From NCBI GenBank assembly GCA_964035545.1, contig OZ037768.1:1416184-1480183 (forward strand): a stretch of DNA of 64,000 bases, written 5' to 3'. Within the stretch, counting starts at the first letter, position 1. Every line of letters begins with the position of its first letter. Source of the DNA: Bugula neritina (taxonomy: Eukaryota > Animalia > Bryozoa). Below, piece by piece: positions 29,901-43,509 of the stretch. The translations under genes were made by a program, and so were the position numbers. The notes beneath the pieces were generated by a model. It had not been told where the DNA came from, made no database searches, and was given only the letters and a program-made list of their open reading frames with translations.

Positions 29901-32900
29901 TAGTAAGAGTGTTGCATGGAAACACTCAGTGATACAGTAGAAAGCATGGACTATTTTCTCCAACTAGTGTTTACAATAAAATATCATTTTCAACTCCCAG
30001 TGTGTTAAAAATGTTTTTTATGAAGGAGATACAGTTAATTAGTGTGTTTCTTGAACATTTGAAGGTCAATTTTAAAAGCTGAGATTTCAACGTAACAAAT
30101 TAAGTAGACATTTGCTAGTTTTCAGCAACCTATTAAGTGAATTGAGGAATATTCTACAATATTTCAGCAAAATAAAATACCTGTTACTGTTAAGGAGCTA
30201 CATAAGCCCACATATAACACGCACAAACATGTGTCATAGTAAACAACGCAACCTCTTACCATAATATTTTGAAGAGCACATAGTAGCCAACGGACCTACC
30301 TTTAAGTGCGAGTTTAGAAAGGACATAGTGAATCTGAACCATAAACTCGTTGGGCACATCTGGTTTAGATTCACGGGCTAACAGATGAAGGAAGACCCGT
30401 GTAGCTCCTTGAGTGACCAGCTGAGAGCATCTACTTCCTGTATCTATAAACGCAGTAGCGAATCAAAACGTCTCTTACAACACAAGGAAGTCATTCAATC
30501 ACAACTATGTTTACAAACATGTATTAGCCAATCACATTTGTTAAAGAATATAAAAGCTTTCCAAACAAATGAGTTACCAAGCTAGGCTAACTGTAAACAG
30601 CAAAACACACCAGTAGTTGTCTGCACCTTTCCTAAGCAAATTAGAAACAAAATTACGAGAGATTATTCAATCTCGTAATACACTAAGTTACATATATGAA
30701 GCAGACAGCAAGAAAATCAATATCACACTTACTCAGTTTACCAATGAGCTCTACAAATATGGTGACAATAGTTCGGCAGACATCAATGTCCTTGTGTGTC
30801 TAAAAACAAACACCATAACTGTATGTAACAAGCTACCATAACTGTAACAAGCTACAATAATTGTATGTAGCAAGGCAGCATATCTTAATAACTTATGTAA
30901 ACTGAATCTCTCATTGAATGTAAAGCAATGAACACAACATATAATTTTCACACAAAGTAAAGCATTGCAATGTTAAAACTAACCGTATCTGTTAGAATAA
31001 CTAGATATATCATGCATCTTATTATATATAATTTCAGCAAGTATATAGAAGTTTACTCTAAAGTAATATAGAGCATGAGTAATATTATAATATACCTCTA
31101 AGGTAATATAGAGCATGAGTAATATTGTAATATACCTCTAAGGTAATATAGAGTATGAGTAATATTATAATATACCTCTAAGGTAATATAGAGCATGAGT
31201 AATATTATAATATACCTCTAAGGTAATATAGAGCATGAGTAATATTGTAATATACCTCTAAGGTAATATAGAGTATGAGTAATATTATAATATACCTCTA
31301 AGGTAATATAGAGTATGAGTAATATTATAATATACCTCTAAGGTAATATAGAGCATGAGTAATATTATAATATACCTCTAAGGTAATATAGAGCATGAGT
31401 AATATTGTAATATACCTCTAAGGTAATATAGAGCATGAGTAATATTGTAATATACCTCTAAGGTAATATAAAGCATGAGTAATATTGTAATATACCTCTA
31501 AGGTAATATAGAGCATGAGTAATATTGTAATATACCTCTAAGGTAATATAGAGTATGAGTAATATTATAATATACCTCTAAAGTAATATAGAGTATGAGT
31601 AATATTGTAATATACCTCTAAGGTAATATAGAGTATGAGTAATATTGTAATATACCTCTAAGGTAATATAAAGCATGAGTAATATTGTAATATACCTCTA
31701 AGGTAATATAGAGTATGAGTAATATTGTAATATACCTCTAAGGTAATATAGAGCATGAGTAATATTATAATATACCTCTAAGGCAGTCAGTAGGGACTGA
31801 ATATACAAGGTATTTTTCACCATTACCTCCCGGCCAGGCTTATCTAAAAATAAAATGTAACATAAACGTTTTAAAAGAAAGTTTACATTTCTATGGAATA
31901 CAAACAAAATTAGCTGTAATACTGTGTAACAAGAAACGTAAAGCAATCAATTTAGTACAATGTGCAGTCGTGTAAAGTGGGAATGTAACAACACCAATTG
32001 AAGCTTGTAATAAAAGAAACCCTAACAGTGGTTATCAAAGCTGATTAAAACATTTCTTAAAGTTTATTAGTTCTGAAGTATTTAAATAGAAACAATGACA
32101 TATTTATATAACAACACGTAATGCAGCTACATAAAAAAATAAAACATAACAATTCACTAACGTAAGTGACAATATATGAGTAGAAATACAAAAGACTTTG
32201 AACTAAACACAAAACCCAAACAAAGTTGATCATGATTTGATTGTTATTAGTTTATCAATGGTTGAACTGAAGTTTAATTCATAGTATTCTAAAATAAATA
32301 CTCTGACACATGATTACAGTGCCATAGTTCTTAACACAAACACAGTAGCAAAATCACATTGAGATGTTAGCAGACAGTAGCTATTCATATGAACCCAAGG
32401 CTAATGACTGAAGATAGTTATTATAGCCTAAGGACCCCAGGTGAAGAATGCTGGTAAAGATATCTTTGGATATTCTACTTTGCATTAATCGAAGTTGTGA
32501 CAGTGCAAAAACATTACCTTTTATAACAAGTATAGTGAGTTTTTACTGATTGACAGTATCAGCAACCACCTTGTGACCTGACACCCACCTTGTGACATGA
32601 CACCCGCCCTGTGACATGACACCCACCTTGTGACATGACACCCACCTTGTGACATGACACCCACCTTGTGACATGACACCCATCTTGTGACACGACACTC
32701 ACCTTGTGACATGACACCCACCCTGTGACATGACACCCACCCTGTGACATGACACCCACCTTGTGACATGACTCACCTTATGACATGACACCCACCTTGT
32801 GACACGAGACTCACCTTGTGACATGATGTAGGTTAAAATTCTATTAGCAGCGTGACGAACTTGCTGCAGGTCATCACTGCTCAAGGTGCGAACTGCAGAA

Positions 32901-35806
32901 GGAACATTCATCTTCTCAAGTACTTGGAAGTGAGCAGCTACTTTCATATGGGAGCTACCAGACCCGCCCGCACTTGTCCTGCATCATAAAACTCAGTCTA
33001 ACATGTTTCTTCAGTCACTAAACATACCAGGCAGCTGCAGAAACTGTCCAACTTCCGTGACTGCCATCTAAGTTTGAATATAAATTAGTGAACAACATTT
33101 CCAGTGATAACTTAGTCTTAGTTTGTTGAAAGTAGTTTGACTAAGGTTGGCAGACAGACTTACAACTGAAGTATTAGTGAACCATAAGTGTTCAGACATG
33201 ACTATGTAAACTTACAACACCCGTTTCCATACTCACCAGCTTATAAAGTGTAAATTCAAAGATATACGACTGTGGAAAAATTGATGAAACTGAACAACTA
33301 GTTAACTTCAAACACAACAGCGGCAGCAAAATCAATACTCGTGACGTATAAAAGACTGCAGGAAGCAAAAAATAGGTGTAACAGATAAATGCACAGGGGA
33401 AGCTATTTAAAGCAATGACTGCTAAAAACAGAATGTTTGAAACTCATGATAAAAATTATGGAGAATTCGGGTTAACAACACAAAAATATAAAAAAGGTTT
33501 CATGAGTTTTAGTGTGGGTTGGTGTTTGTCTGGCAAGGAGAAAATGGCAAACTGAAAGTGAGACTAAATTAATAAATATAACATTAAACTTTATAACCCA
33601 ATAATATTAACTTAAATACAACAGCTTTGAGAGAGAATGTAAATCAAAACAAAGTATACAAGTCACCAGCACAAGAGACAGGCAGGTGTAAATAAGCAGG
33701 AAGATAAGACAAACAGACAGACAAACAGACAGACAGACAGGCAGGAAGTGGTACTACCTGGAGGAAGGTCGAGAGGCCGACTGGTGGCGTTGACCTCTAC
33801 TAGCACTCCTAGCAAGCTTCTCTCTAAACACATTCACTCACAAACATTAGCATGAGAGAGGAAAATGAACTCTTTACAAACACTTCATTATAACATCTGA
33901 TTCAATTACATACAACATGCTCTTTTAACCTTTCGAAAATAATATTTAAATCGTTTCAATAAAAATTTTTCAACTCTTGAGTCAAATTTTTCTAGTATGT
34001 ACTTCAATGAAACACCTTTTTTATGTTGAAAATTGTAATAACAATGTACAGATGAAAATTGTTGGGTACAATTTCACCAGGTGCTGGCAGTAGCCCTAAA
34101 CAGAGAAGTAATGACCATAAAGAGTAAAGAAGAAACTAGAACATGTGAGAAACATAACGAAACAGAAAAAAATTCAAATTTGAATGTCTGAAACAAGAGA
34201 GGGATATGTATTCACCAACAGCAGAACAGGAAATGGAAAGTGAGTATATAGTATTATACTAAATCAGTAGTATCATGATTCCATTGATACCCTTTCTTAC
34301 CGTATTTTTCGCCCAGATCCTGCTTTACTGAATGAAAGAAATAAAAAACACCTTTACTTTTCCAGCTACTAGAGCATTATAGCATAGCGCAGGCTCTTCA
34401 ACAGCTGTTGAATAGACTATACGCAGCAATGCTGCTACCAGGCTGTAGTAATAAACTTCAATTGTTGTGTATGTATATGGCAGCCTACAGGCCTTCTATA
34501 CAATCAAGTATAGAACTATTATTAATGGAGCAACAATATCAAATTCCTTCACAAAGTTCAGCTAATTATACAAAAATGTTACAAGCCTGGTTAGAGATGC
34601 GGATAACACAAACCAACTACTGTTTGTATATTTATGACCAATACATGTATATAAGCATTAGATGCAATAATTCTTCTCAGCACAGGCTTGAGATCAATTT
34701 TGAAAAATTTAATATCTTGTGGGTATGTAGTTTATTGTTGAAAAGGAAAATTTATTTTTGTTTAAGGTGTTTTATTTTCAGTTTAGTGAAATATTTTGAA
34801 GCTTATAAGCAAATTACATATATTTCCTCAAACACTATAGAGAACCGAGGAGTAAAAATTACTACCATCAGTAGTATAAAATATCCACAAGGTGTGGTGT
34901 CGTAACTCCTACACAATATATTGAAGTATTTTAAAGAGACATTTAGATTTTAATGAGTCTGCATTTTGTTCAGTGGGACAAATGATGTGGGGATAACTTC
35001 TTTCTATTACCATTTAGTTGAATGTATAAACTAAAAGACAGGCAACTTTAAGGTGTTATAACATTCCAGGTTGGATTCAAGAACTCAAAAGATATGAATA
35101 TTGATGGTTGGGTCTATATTAAATGTATTTTGAATATTGACAAGTTGGAAAATAAGAAAGGCAGATTATAAGATGATTACTCAATTATAAACCAGTACAA
35201 AAGTTACTGGTAGTTAATAATCAACACAAAACACTTCATGTTAAGGATTAAAGTAAGTAACATTTACTAATATTCAACCATAAGATGTTAAACCATGAGC
35301 ACAGCGTTACTGTATACTATAGTGGGAGCTGAATGTATGTACATAAATAGAAAGGTCAAAACCCAAAGGTGTTATAATGAACTCTGAATATACCAAGTAC
35401 TATTTAGTCATATTTACAAGATTGTTGACATTTCTTTAACATGATTTATTTGAGCAGAGAAAATTGTTTCTTATAAGTTAAATAGAAATTGTCTTCTGTT
35501 AATATTTCAGCAACCAGTTTACCAATTAAAGATGAAATACTGGAGTAAAGGATTTCATAACTATAACCGTAAATAATTATTGTTATTGGCATCATTGCTG
35601 TTTGATCCTATAAAGTATAAGGCATCATCTAGGGACTGTTTATGCAAAACACATAATTTTAATGACATTATTTAAGCACACAATTGCTCAACTTCTTCAC
35701 ACACCTTGTTCCAAAAAAGACAACTCAAACAAATGTTACCAAAAATATGTTATAAAAAAATTATTGAATAATACATTATAGCTACGCACCCTTTTAATTC
35801 AGCCAT
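17926..35806 (-). CDS. AGTPBP1: Cytosolic carboxypeptidase 1 (Nna1/CCP1, M14D tubulin deglutamylase)
   Basis: Phase-consistent exons 35806-35790, 34327-34301, 33823-33758, 32978-32815, 31843-31776, 30799-30733, 30443-30300, 29805-29668, 29348-29217, 29050-28904, 28387-28163, 27671-27547, 26491-26393, 26021-25815, 25603-25376, 24812-24616, 24343-24197, 23905-23824, 23427-23271, 23151-22919, 22400-22247, 21993-21813, 21245-21097, 20681-20563, 19532-19356, 18595-18465, 18049-17926. Motifs [72 protein letters not shown]. The first three exons are less certain. Confidence 0.92.
18185..18365. repeat. Intronic minisatellite (AGTTACTAGCTACC-like)
   Basis: Degenerate 7/14-bp units in the last AGTPBP1 intron. 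Confidence 0.8.
20283..20535. repeat. 20-bp minisatellite (AATATAACACACATACATAT)n near a splice donor
   Basis: About 12 units ending ~27 nt from the donor at 20562. Confidence 0.9.
20760..21096 (-). repeat. Minisatellite built from reiterated GTAAGT donor motifs
   Basis: Alternating GTAAGTATGTGTGTCATA / GTAAGTATATGTTATG units starting at the true donor CACG|GTAAGT (21096). Confidence 0.9.
21255..21435. repeat. Acceptor-proximal minisatellite (ATATCATATCACGATATACAATGCAGT-like)
   Basis: Degenerate units ending ~10 nt from the acceptor at 21246. Confidence 0.75.
22390..22755 (-). repeat. Acceptor-duplicating minisatellite: 36-bp units grading into 20-bp units with the palindrome TGACAGCTGTCA
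   Basis: Units repeat TTGTAG|TGTCAG, identical to the real acceptor and exon start at 22401/22400. Confidence 0.85.
24865..25315. repeat. 16-bp minisatellite (CACTAGTGAGTGACTG-like) filling most of an AGTPBP1 intron
   Basis: More than 20 degenerate units containing the palindrome CACTAGTG. Confidence 0.9.
31055..31783 (-). repeat. 40-bp minisatellite made of the last 8 exon nt plus the first 32 intron nt (CCTTAGAG|GTATA...)
   Basis: 18 near-identical units at 40-nt spacing; the first is the real exon end at 31776. Confidence 0.95.
32565..32826 (-). repeat. ~19-bp minisatellite reiterating the exon end and donor CATGTCACAAG|GTG(A/G)GT
   Basis: About 13 units; the first is the real donor at 32814. 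Confidence 0.92.
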
Positions 35807-37304
35807 TTTTAACACTTGAAGTTTGTCCAGCTTTAGATTCCCATCATCTAAGAAAGCTGAGTTCAACCTATAAACATCAAACAACTTGGCATGCAAATAA
35901 CCCAATACATAGTAACTAATTAGTAAATAATTATTACTAGTAAATATTCAATATGAGTATTAGGAACATAAAATTAAATATTCAAATGGTGATTAGTTGT
36001 AACAGTATTAATACTGAAAACTTTTAGCAATTACTAGTTTCAACAGCCAGTGACAAAATTACAACGAAGGATGCAAGTAAATATAACGATTTGCCACTTT
36101 GATTTACTAAAATTTCATTATGATTCTCTGCACAAAATTACTATAATCTACTCGTTGTGAGCGTAATTCATTTTAATTATCAAGTCTAATAGCAACACAA
36201 AATATAAAACTTAAACTAGCACTGTACCTTATAAATATAAATTACTGTTAGAGTGATTCACTCAGCATAACTCAAACTGCTAGTATTGCTATAAGTATAA
36301 TTAAAAGTATTGCCATTAAATATTCATTCTAATATAACTGTAAAACTAAGGCGTTGGAGTTAATATTATCATCATCATATGATTTGAAAAACTCACAGTC
36401 AATGTCACAGTATTAGTATAAGTAACTGTAAGACTAAGTCATAAGTGTGACAAGAAAACAATTAGCATGAGTCAAGTCTAAGCTTATGGCTGTTCAGTTG
36501 AAACTTATAAAATTAAAAAACATTGAATACATCATGATCATGATTATTAATATTATTATCATTATGATTATATACTTCAGAGTTAAATCTTACAATCACA
36601 AGACTCAAAGCCTAAATTTTAATTAATGACTGACATTAGACTCAAACTCAAAGTGAATGTAAAAATCAAAACTGAACTCGGCCTAAATAGATACAATAAC
36701 AATTACAATCAGTATGAATATTACATTGATAATTGACAATCAAAATCAATATCAGTTAATCACAATGACGATTAAAATGATTGACAATGACAGTGATGAT
36801 TATTATCATAATATTAATGGCATTGAAATCATTGGCAATGCATTTTGATTTTCATTTTGTACATTTTCATTTTGACTTCCTTATAGTTATTATATTTCTA
36901 TTTCTAATATTGAGAATACAACATTCATCCAACAATTATAATTTATAAAATTCTAGAGGTTTTTTCAGTGCCTAAGCATTACAACTACAGCTTAAATTTG
37001 CTGTGAGTGCAATTTTATTCCAACAGCAGATGACGGTTAATGAGGTGCCTCAACTTCAGGACAAAATCAGTTTGTCGATTGCTTAGTAACCTGGTTTCTA
37101 CACTATAACCTTAGCATTTTCAAATTTAAGCATTGAGATGTTGTTTAAAAATTGATTAAATCACTGTTGGCTTTTTAAAAAGCTTTTCATAGTACGTGTA
37201 TAATGTCGTGAATGTTTATGCTTATAGCAACGAAAACTTTTAGAGTACCTGAACTAAATTTTAGCGAGAATAGTTGACTCCGTTGTAATCAAGGTTAATC
37301 GATC

Positions 37305-39972
<2,668 letters not shown>

Positions 39973-40070
39973 AATCGATCGCGTAGGTTGCCATTGTTAT
40001 AACTGGTGCATAACATTATCATTATCATTATGGCTCAGTTTCAAGCGTTTCAGACTCTGAGTAGTGAGTC

Positions 40071-40628
40071 CAGGGTTGGGGTCAATTACAGGTGAATGTA
40101 ATTAATTACTTTTACATCAAAACTTGTCAATTACAATTGAAATTACAGTTAAAAAGTAATGTAATTAATTACAATTAGTATTACATGGCAAGCAACCGCA
40201 ATGTGAATCTGAATGTAATTAGTTACAATTACAATTAGTGAATTACTTTTGTTCTCACAATGGATATATACTATATAGAAATTATGCAATCTCACTTCTA
40301 GGGTTCAACTACCAGGGGCAATTTTGACAGTGGTGAATCTCTTTTGTTCTCAACAGTGATACTATACCACATTGACTTAAAGTTAATCTGAACTTGTTAT
40401 TTAACAGTAGGCATGGTAAGAAAAGTTAAAAGTATGGAATTTTCAAGATCTAAAAGTTTAAAGTAATTCAAATTGGCATGTAATTATAAAGTAATTGCAA
40501 AAATCAATTACATTAGGTATATAATTGATTACAATTACATTTTTATTCGTCAATTAGTATTACAAATTACATTCAATTACTTGAAAAAATGTAATTAATT
40601 ACAACAAATTAAAATTACCCCAACCCTG
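40071..40628. mobile_element. hAT-type MITE
   Basis: 12-bp TIR CAGGGTTGGGGT...ACCCCAACCCTG; many subterminal AATTAC/GTAATT motifs at both ends; degenerate TSD GTAGTGA(GT)C / GTAGTGAC. Confidence 0.8.
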
Positions 40629-41914
40629 GTAGTGACTGTGAGTAGTGAACAATATTTTGGATGATTTGAATGTAGTGTCATTTAAATCTAAGCGTTATAG
40701 TTGTAACCTTACAACTATGACTATAGCATCAAACTTAGTAAATTAGTAATGTAGAATTTACTAGCTTAACCATTACTATAACTATAAGTCTAAGTTTAAG
40801 TTAAACTTGAAGTTAATGAATTAATCAGTATATAAGTATGAGTATTACATAAGTATCAGTATAACTATTCGTATTAGTATTACTATTAGTATTACTATTA
40901 GTATTACTATTAGTATTACTATTAGTATTACTATTGCATTATTATTAGTAGCATTACTATTAGACATTAATATAAGAAAAAGTATTGCTAGATTTAATCA
41001 TATGCATATTGGTTTTTATAAATATTGGCTTTTAGTTTGCGTAACAGTAACGCAGTTAATATAATATCATGTTGACTCTATAATGGGAACTTTAGTATGT
41101 TTCACTTTCACTTGTTCAAGACTTTTGTATTTTCATAATTTATTGTAATATTTTCTTATTATTTGCAGGTTTTTATAACAAATCGCAATGGCTTATTTCA
41201 GTTATTTGTAACTAGACATATAGTTATATGAACAGATTTTAAGACCAGGTAAGTAAGTACCAAATCATTATTTTTACTTTTTAATATATTTCATCATATG
41301 CTATAATGCTATGTACCTACTATTATTTTAACAGGCTATATTTTAACATATCTTCCTTGCAATCCTTTGGGCAGTGTTGAGTGTTTTTATGTATCATTAT
41401 GAAGCATGATGCTCGCTCACCGAGAATATTTTCTACAATTTAGTAAAACAAAAATAATATTTAAAGGTATTTAATGCATTAAAGGATTACTCTTGCCCTC
41501 CTCTATTATAAAGTTTATTTTAGAGATTATTTTTTTGTTCTAATGTACCAGGGACAATATTCTTCACATTTTAATGATAGGCTTAGGAAACAGTCAGTGG
41601 TAGAAGACTTGTATAACAACTCATACTAGTTAAATATCTGCAACTAGTATAGTCTGATGAGATAAAATGAAAAGGTACCTTTAAGGATCTGCTATTATAC
41701 TACTTAGTTACTAGGAGTTGTGATTTTGGTCTCAGTTTACTTCTATTGGCCTTTTACTATGTCAATGGGCAGTTTGTCTAGACGTCAAGTCGTAGGCCCC
41801 ACAGAAACTAATCATCTAGAGCTCCAAACACTTGAGGTTTTCTGTAAATCGTATTGTTTTACAACAATTGAAAGCTGTGAAGGTTACTCTGTGTGTTTGA
41901 TTCTTCTGCTGTTA

Positions 41915-42126
41915 ACTCACACAAGTTTATAGTCGCCATCCCTGCAAGAAAATCCCTCATGGAAGGGGTTTTTGTTAAATAAGGCTAAGGACTTATTAAG
42001 ATGAGGCACAGAAGCAATTATGACTGGATGCTCTTTCTAACATAACCAATGGCCTTTGCCCAGCTCGAACCCACGACATCATGCTTACTAGGCAAATGCT
42101 CTAACCCCTAGACCACGGCTGCTCCT
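41915..42126 (-). mobile_element. tRNA-derived SINE, best-preserved copy
   Basis: Minus-strand A box TGGTCTAGGGG and B box GGTTCGAGC; 15-bp TSD ATTCTTCTGCTGTTA at 41900-41914 and 42127-42141. Confidence 0.88.
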
Positions 42127-43509
42127 ATTCTTCTGCTGTTATCGGTGTTTATCGGCCATCTTAGTAAATCTTGAAATTTTTTTCCTGTTCTAATTTTAAT
42201 GATTTTTAAGATTCATGTCTGCTGGACTTCTTTTCCTGCTTCTGCAATCATGGTTGTTTTCACCTTGATAGGAAAAGTTGACATGTTCACTAAAGAATTA
42301 TGTCTGCTGATCAGAATGGGTAAGGGCAGTAGACAGGGCAGCTTTACATTGTGATTAATTTTTATTTTTTGGCAATAATCAGAGTCATACGTTAGGAATG
42401 ATAACCTTTGTCCTTGTTAACTCCCACGTGCTAAATACTTCTGGCTAATAGATCATCATGAAATGAAGTGTCTAAACCATGTACACAAAGCATTGCCGAT
42501 TTTGTAAAAGTCTTAGTGAATATGCTGTGTGTATAAATCTATGTAATAGAGAATATATCCAACACCTAAGAGATACCTTTGTGGGATTTCTATGTCAAAT
42601 CTCACATGACTGATTTGTGTTAAGTTAAACCTGTAGCATAGTAATTGGCATATCAGTATGTTTTGTAATGGTAGCTTCAGTGATTATCACATGATTGTCC
42701 CACACAGTCACCCCACCCGCAGCTCATAATCTGATTGAAATTATTTTTCTTTACTGAAAGTATACAGAAATCTATATACTTTTTCATAATTTGTTGCTAT
42801 ACTAAATAAAAATGGTCAATTGTTTTTATTCTAATCAATATAATTATATGGAATATCTTGAACAATAATATGCAGTTCATAAAATATAACATTATATAAC
42901 ATGCAGGCTCCCTCTACTTTTATTTGCTTTGGCAGCGTGTCAAAAGATAGAGTGAGATCATCTATAATCAAAATAATCTTACTACCTGGTTACATGTGGT
43001 ACACGTGCACTCAAGCTGTATGCTATGGTCAATGAACTCAAAATAATATCTTTTCCAATTCAATAGCTATGGTAGATCCAGATAGCCCTAAGTGAATTTA
43101 CAGAACACATTCTTGCTTTAGTACAGTAAAAGTACAGGCTCTAAACACCGCCTCTAAACACCACCTCTAAACCCCACCTCTATACACCACCTATAAACAC
43201 CACCTCTAAACACAGTAGTGTTGGCCTTAAAATGTTACAAGCTCTCATTTTTAGATATTCCAAATTTTGTTGATAGAAAATTATTTTTGGTTCAGAAGAA
43301 ATTATCAAATATAAATTGCAATATGTAGTACATTATTAAATAAACTTTGCCACCTTTTTGCCAGTTTTGTGTTGAGGAGTTATCGTTCCCAATTTGATTG
43401 TCTTTAATATCTGCAAAACTACAACAATTTTATATCAGTGAAGCTCTAAAGGCTGCTGATTATGATTATGATGCAATGCATTGCTCACATCCTGGTTGCA
43501 CTGTTTAGA

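Noticed and set aside
31055-31783. Regularly spaced repeats resembling a CRISPR array
   Set aside because: Head-to-tail units without unique spacers, inside a spliceosomal intron, with no cas genes
33028-33067. Possible extra AGTPBP1 exon (AG|ATGGCAG...CCTG|GTATG)
   Set aside because: 40 nt long, phase-incompatible with the next exon, and would leave only a ~49-nt intron
34408-34905. 165-aa plus-strand ORF inside an AGTPBP1 intron
   Set aside because: No recognisable motif, AT-rich intron-like composition and a non-ATG start
41655-41675. CTGATGA...GAAA hammerhead-like core
   Set aside because: Stem II cannot pair and no flanking stems I/III were found
42050-42126. Possible tRNA gene (A and B boxes)
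   Set aside because: No convincing cloverleaf; it continues into a SINE body and is flanked by a 15-bp TSD
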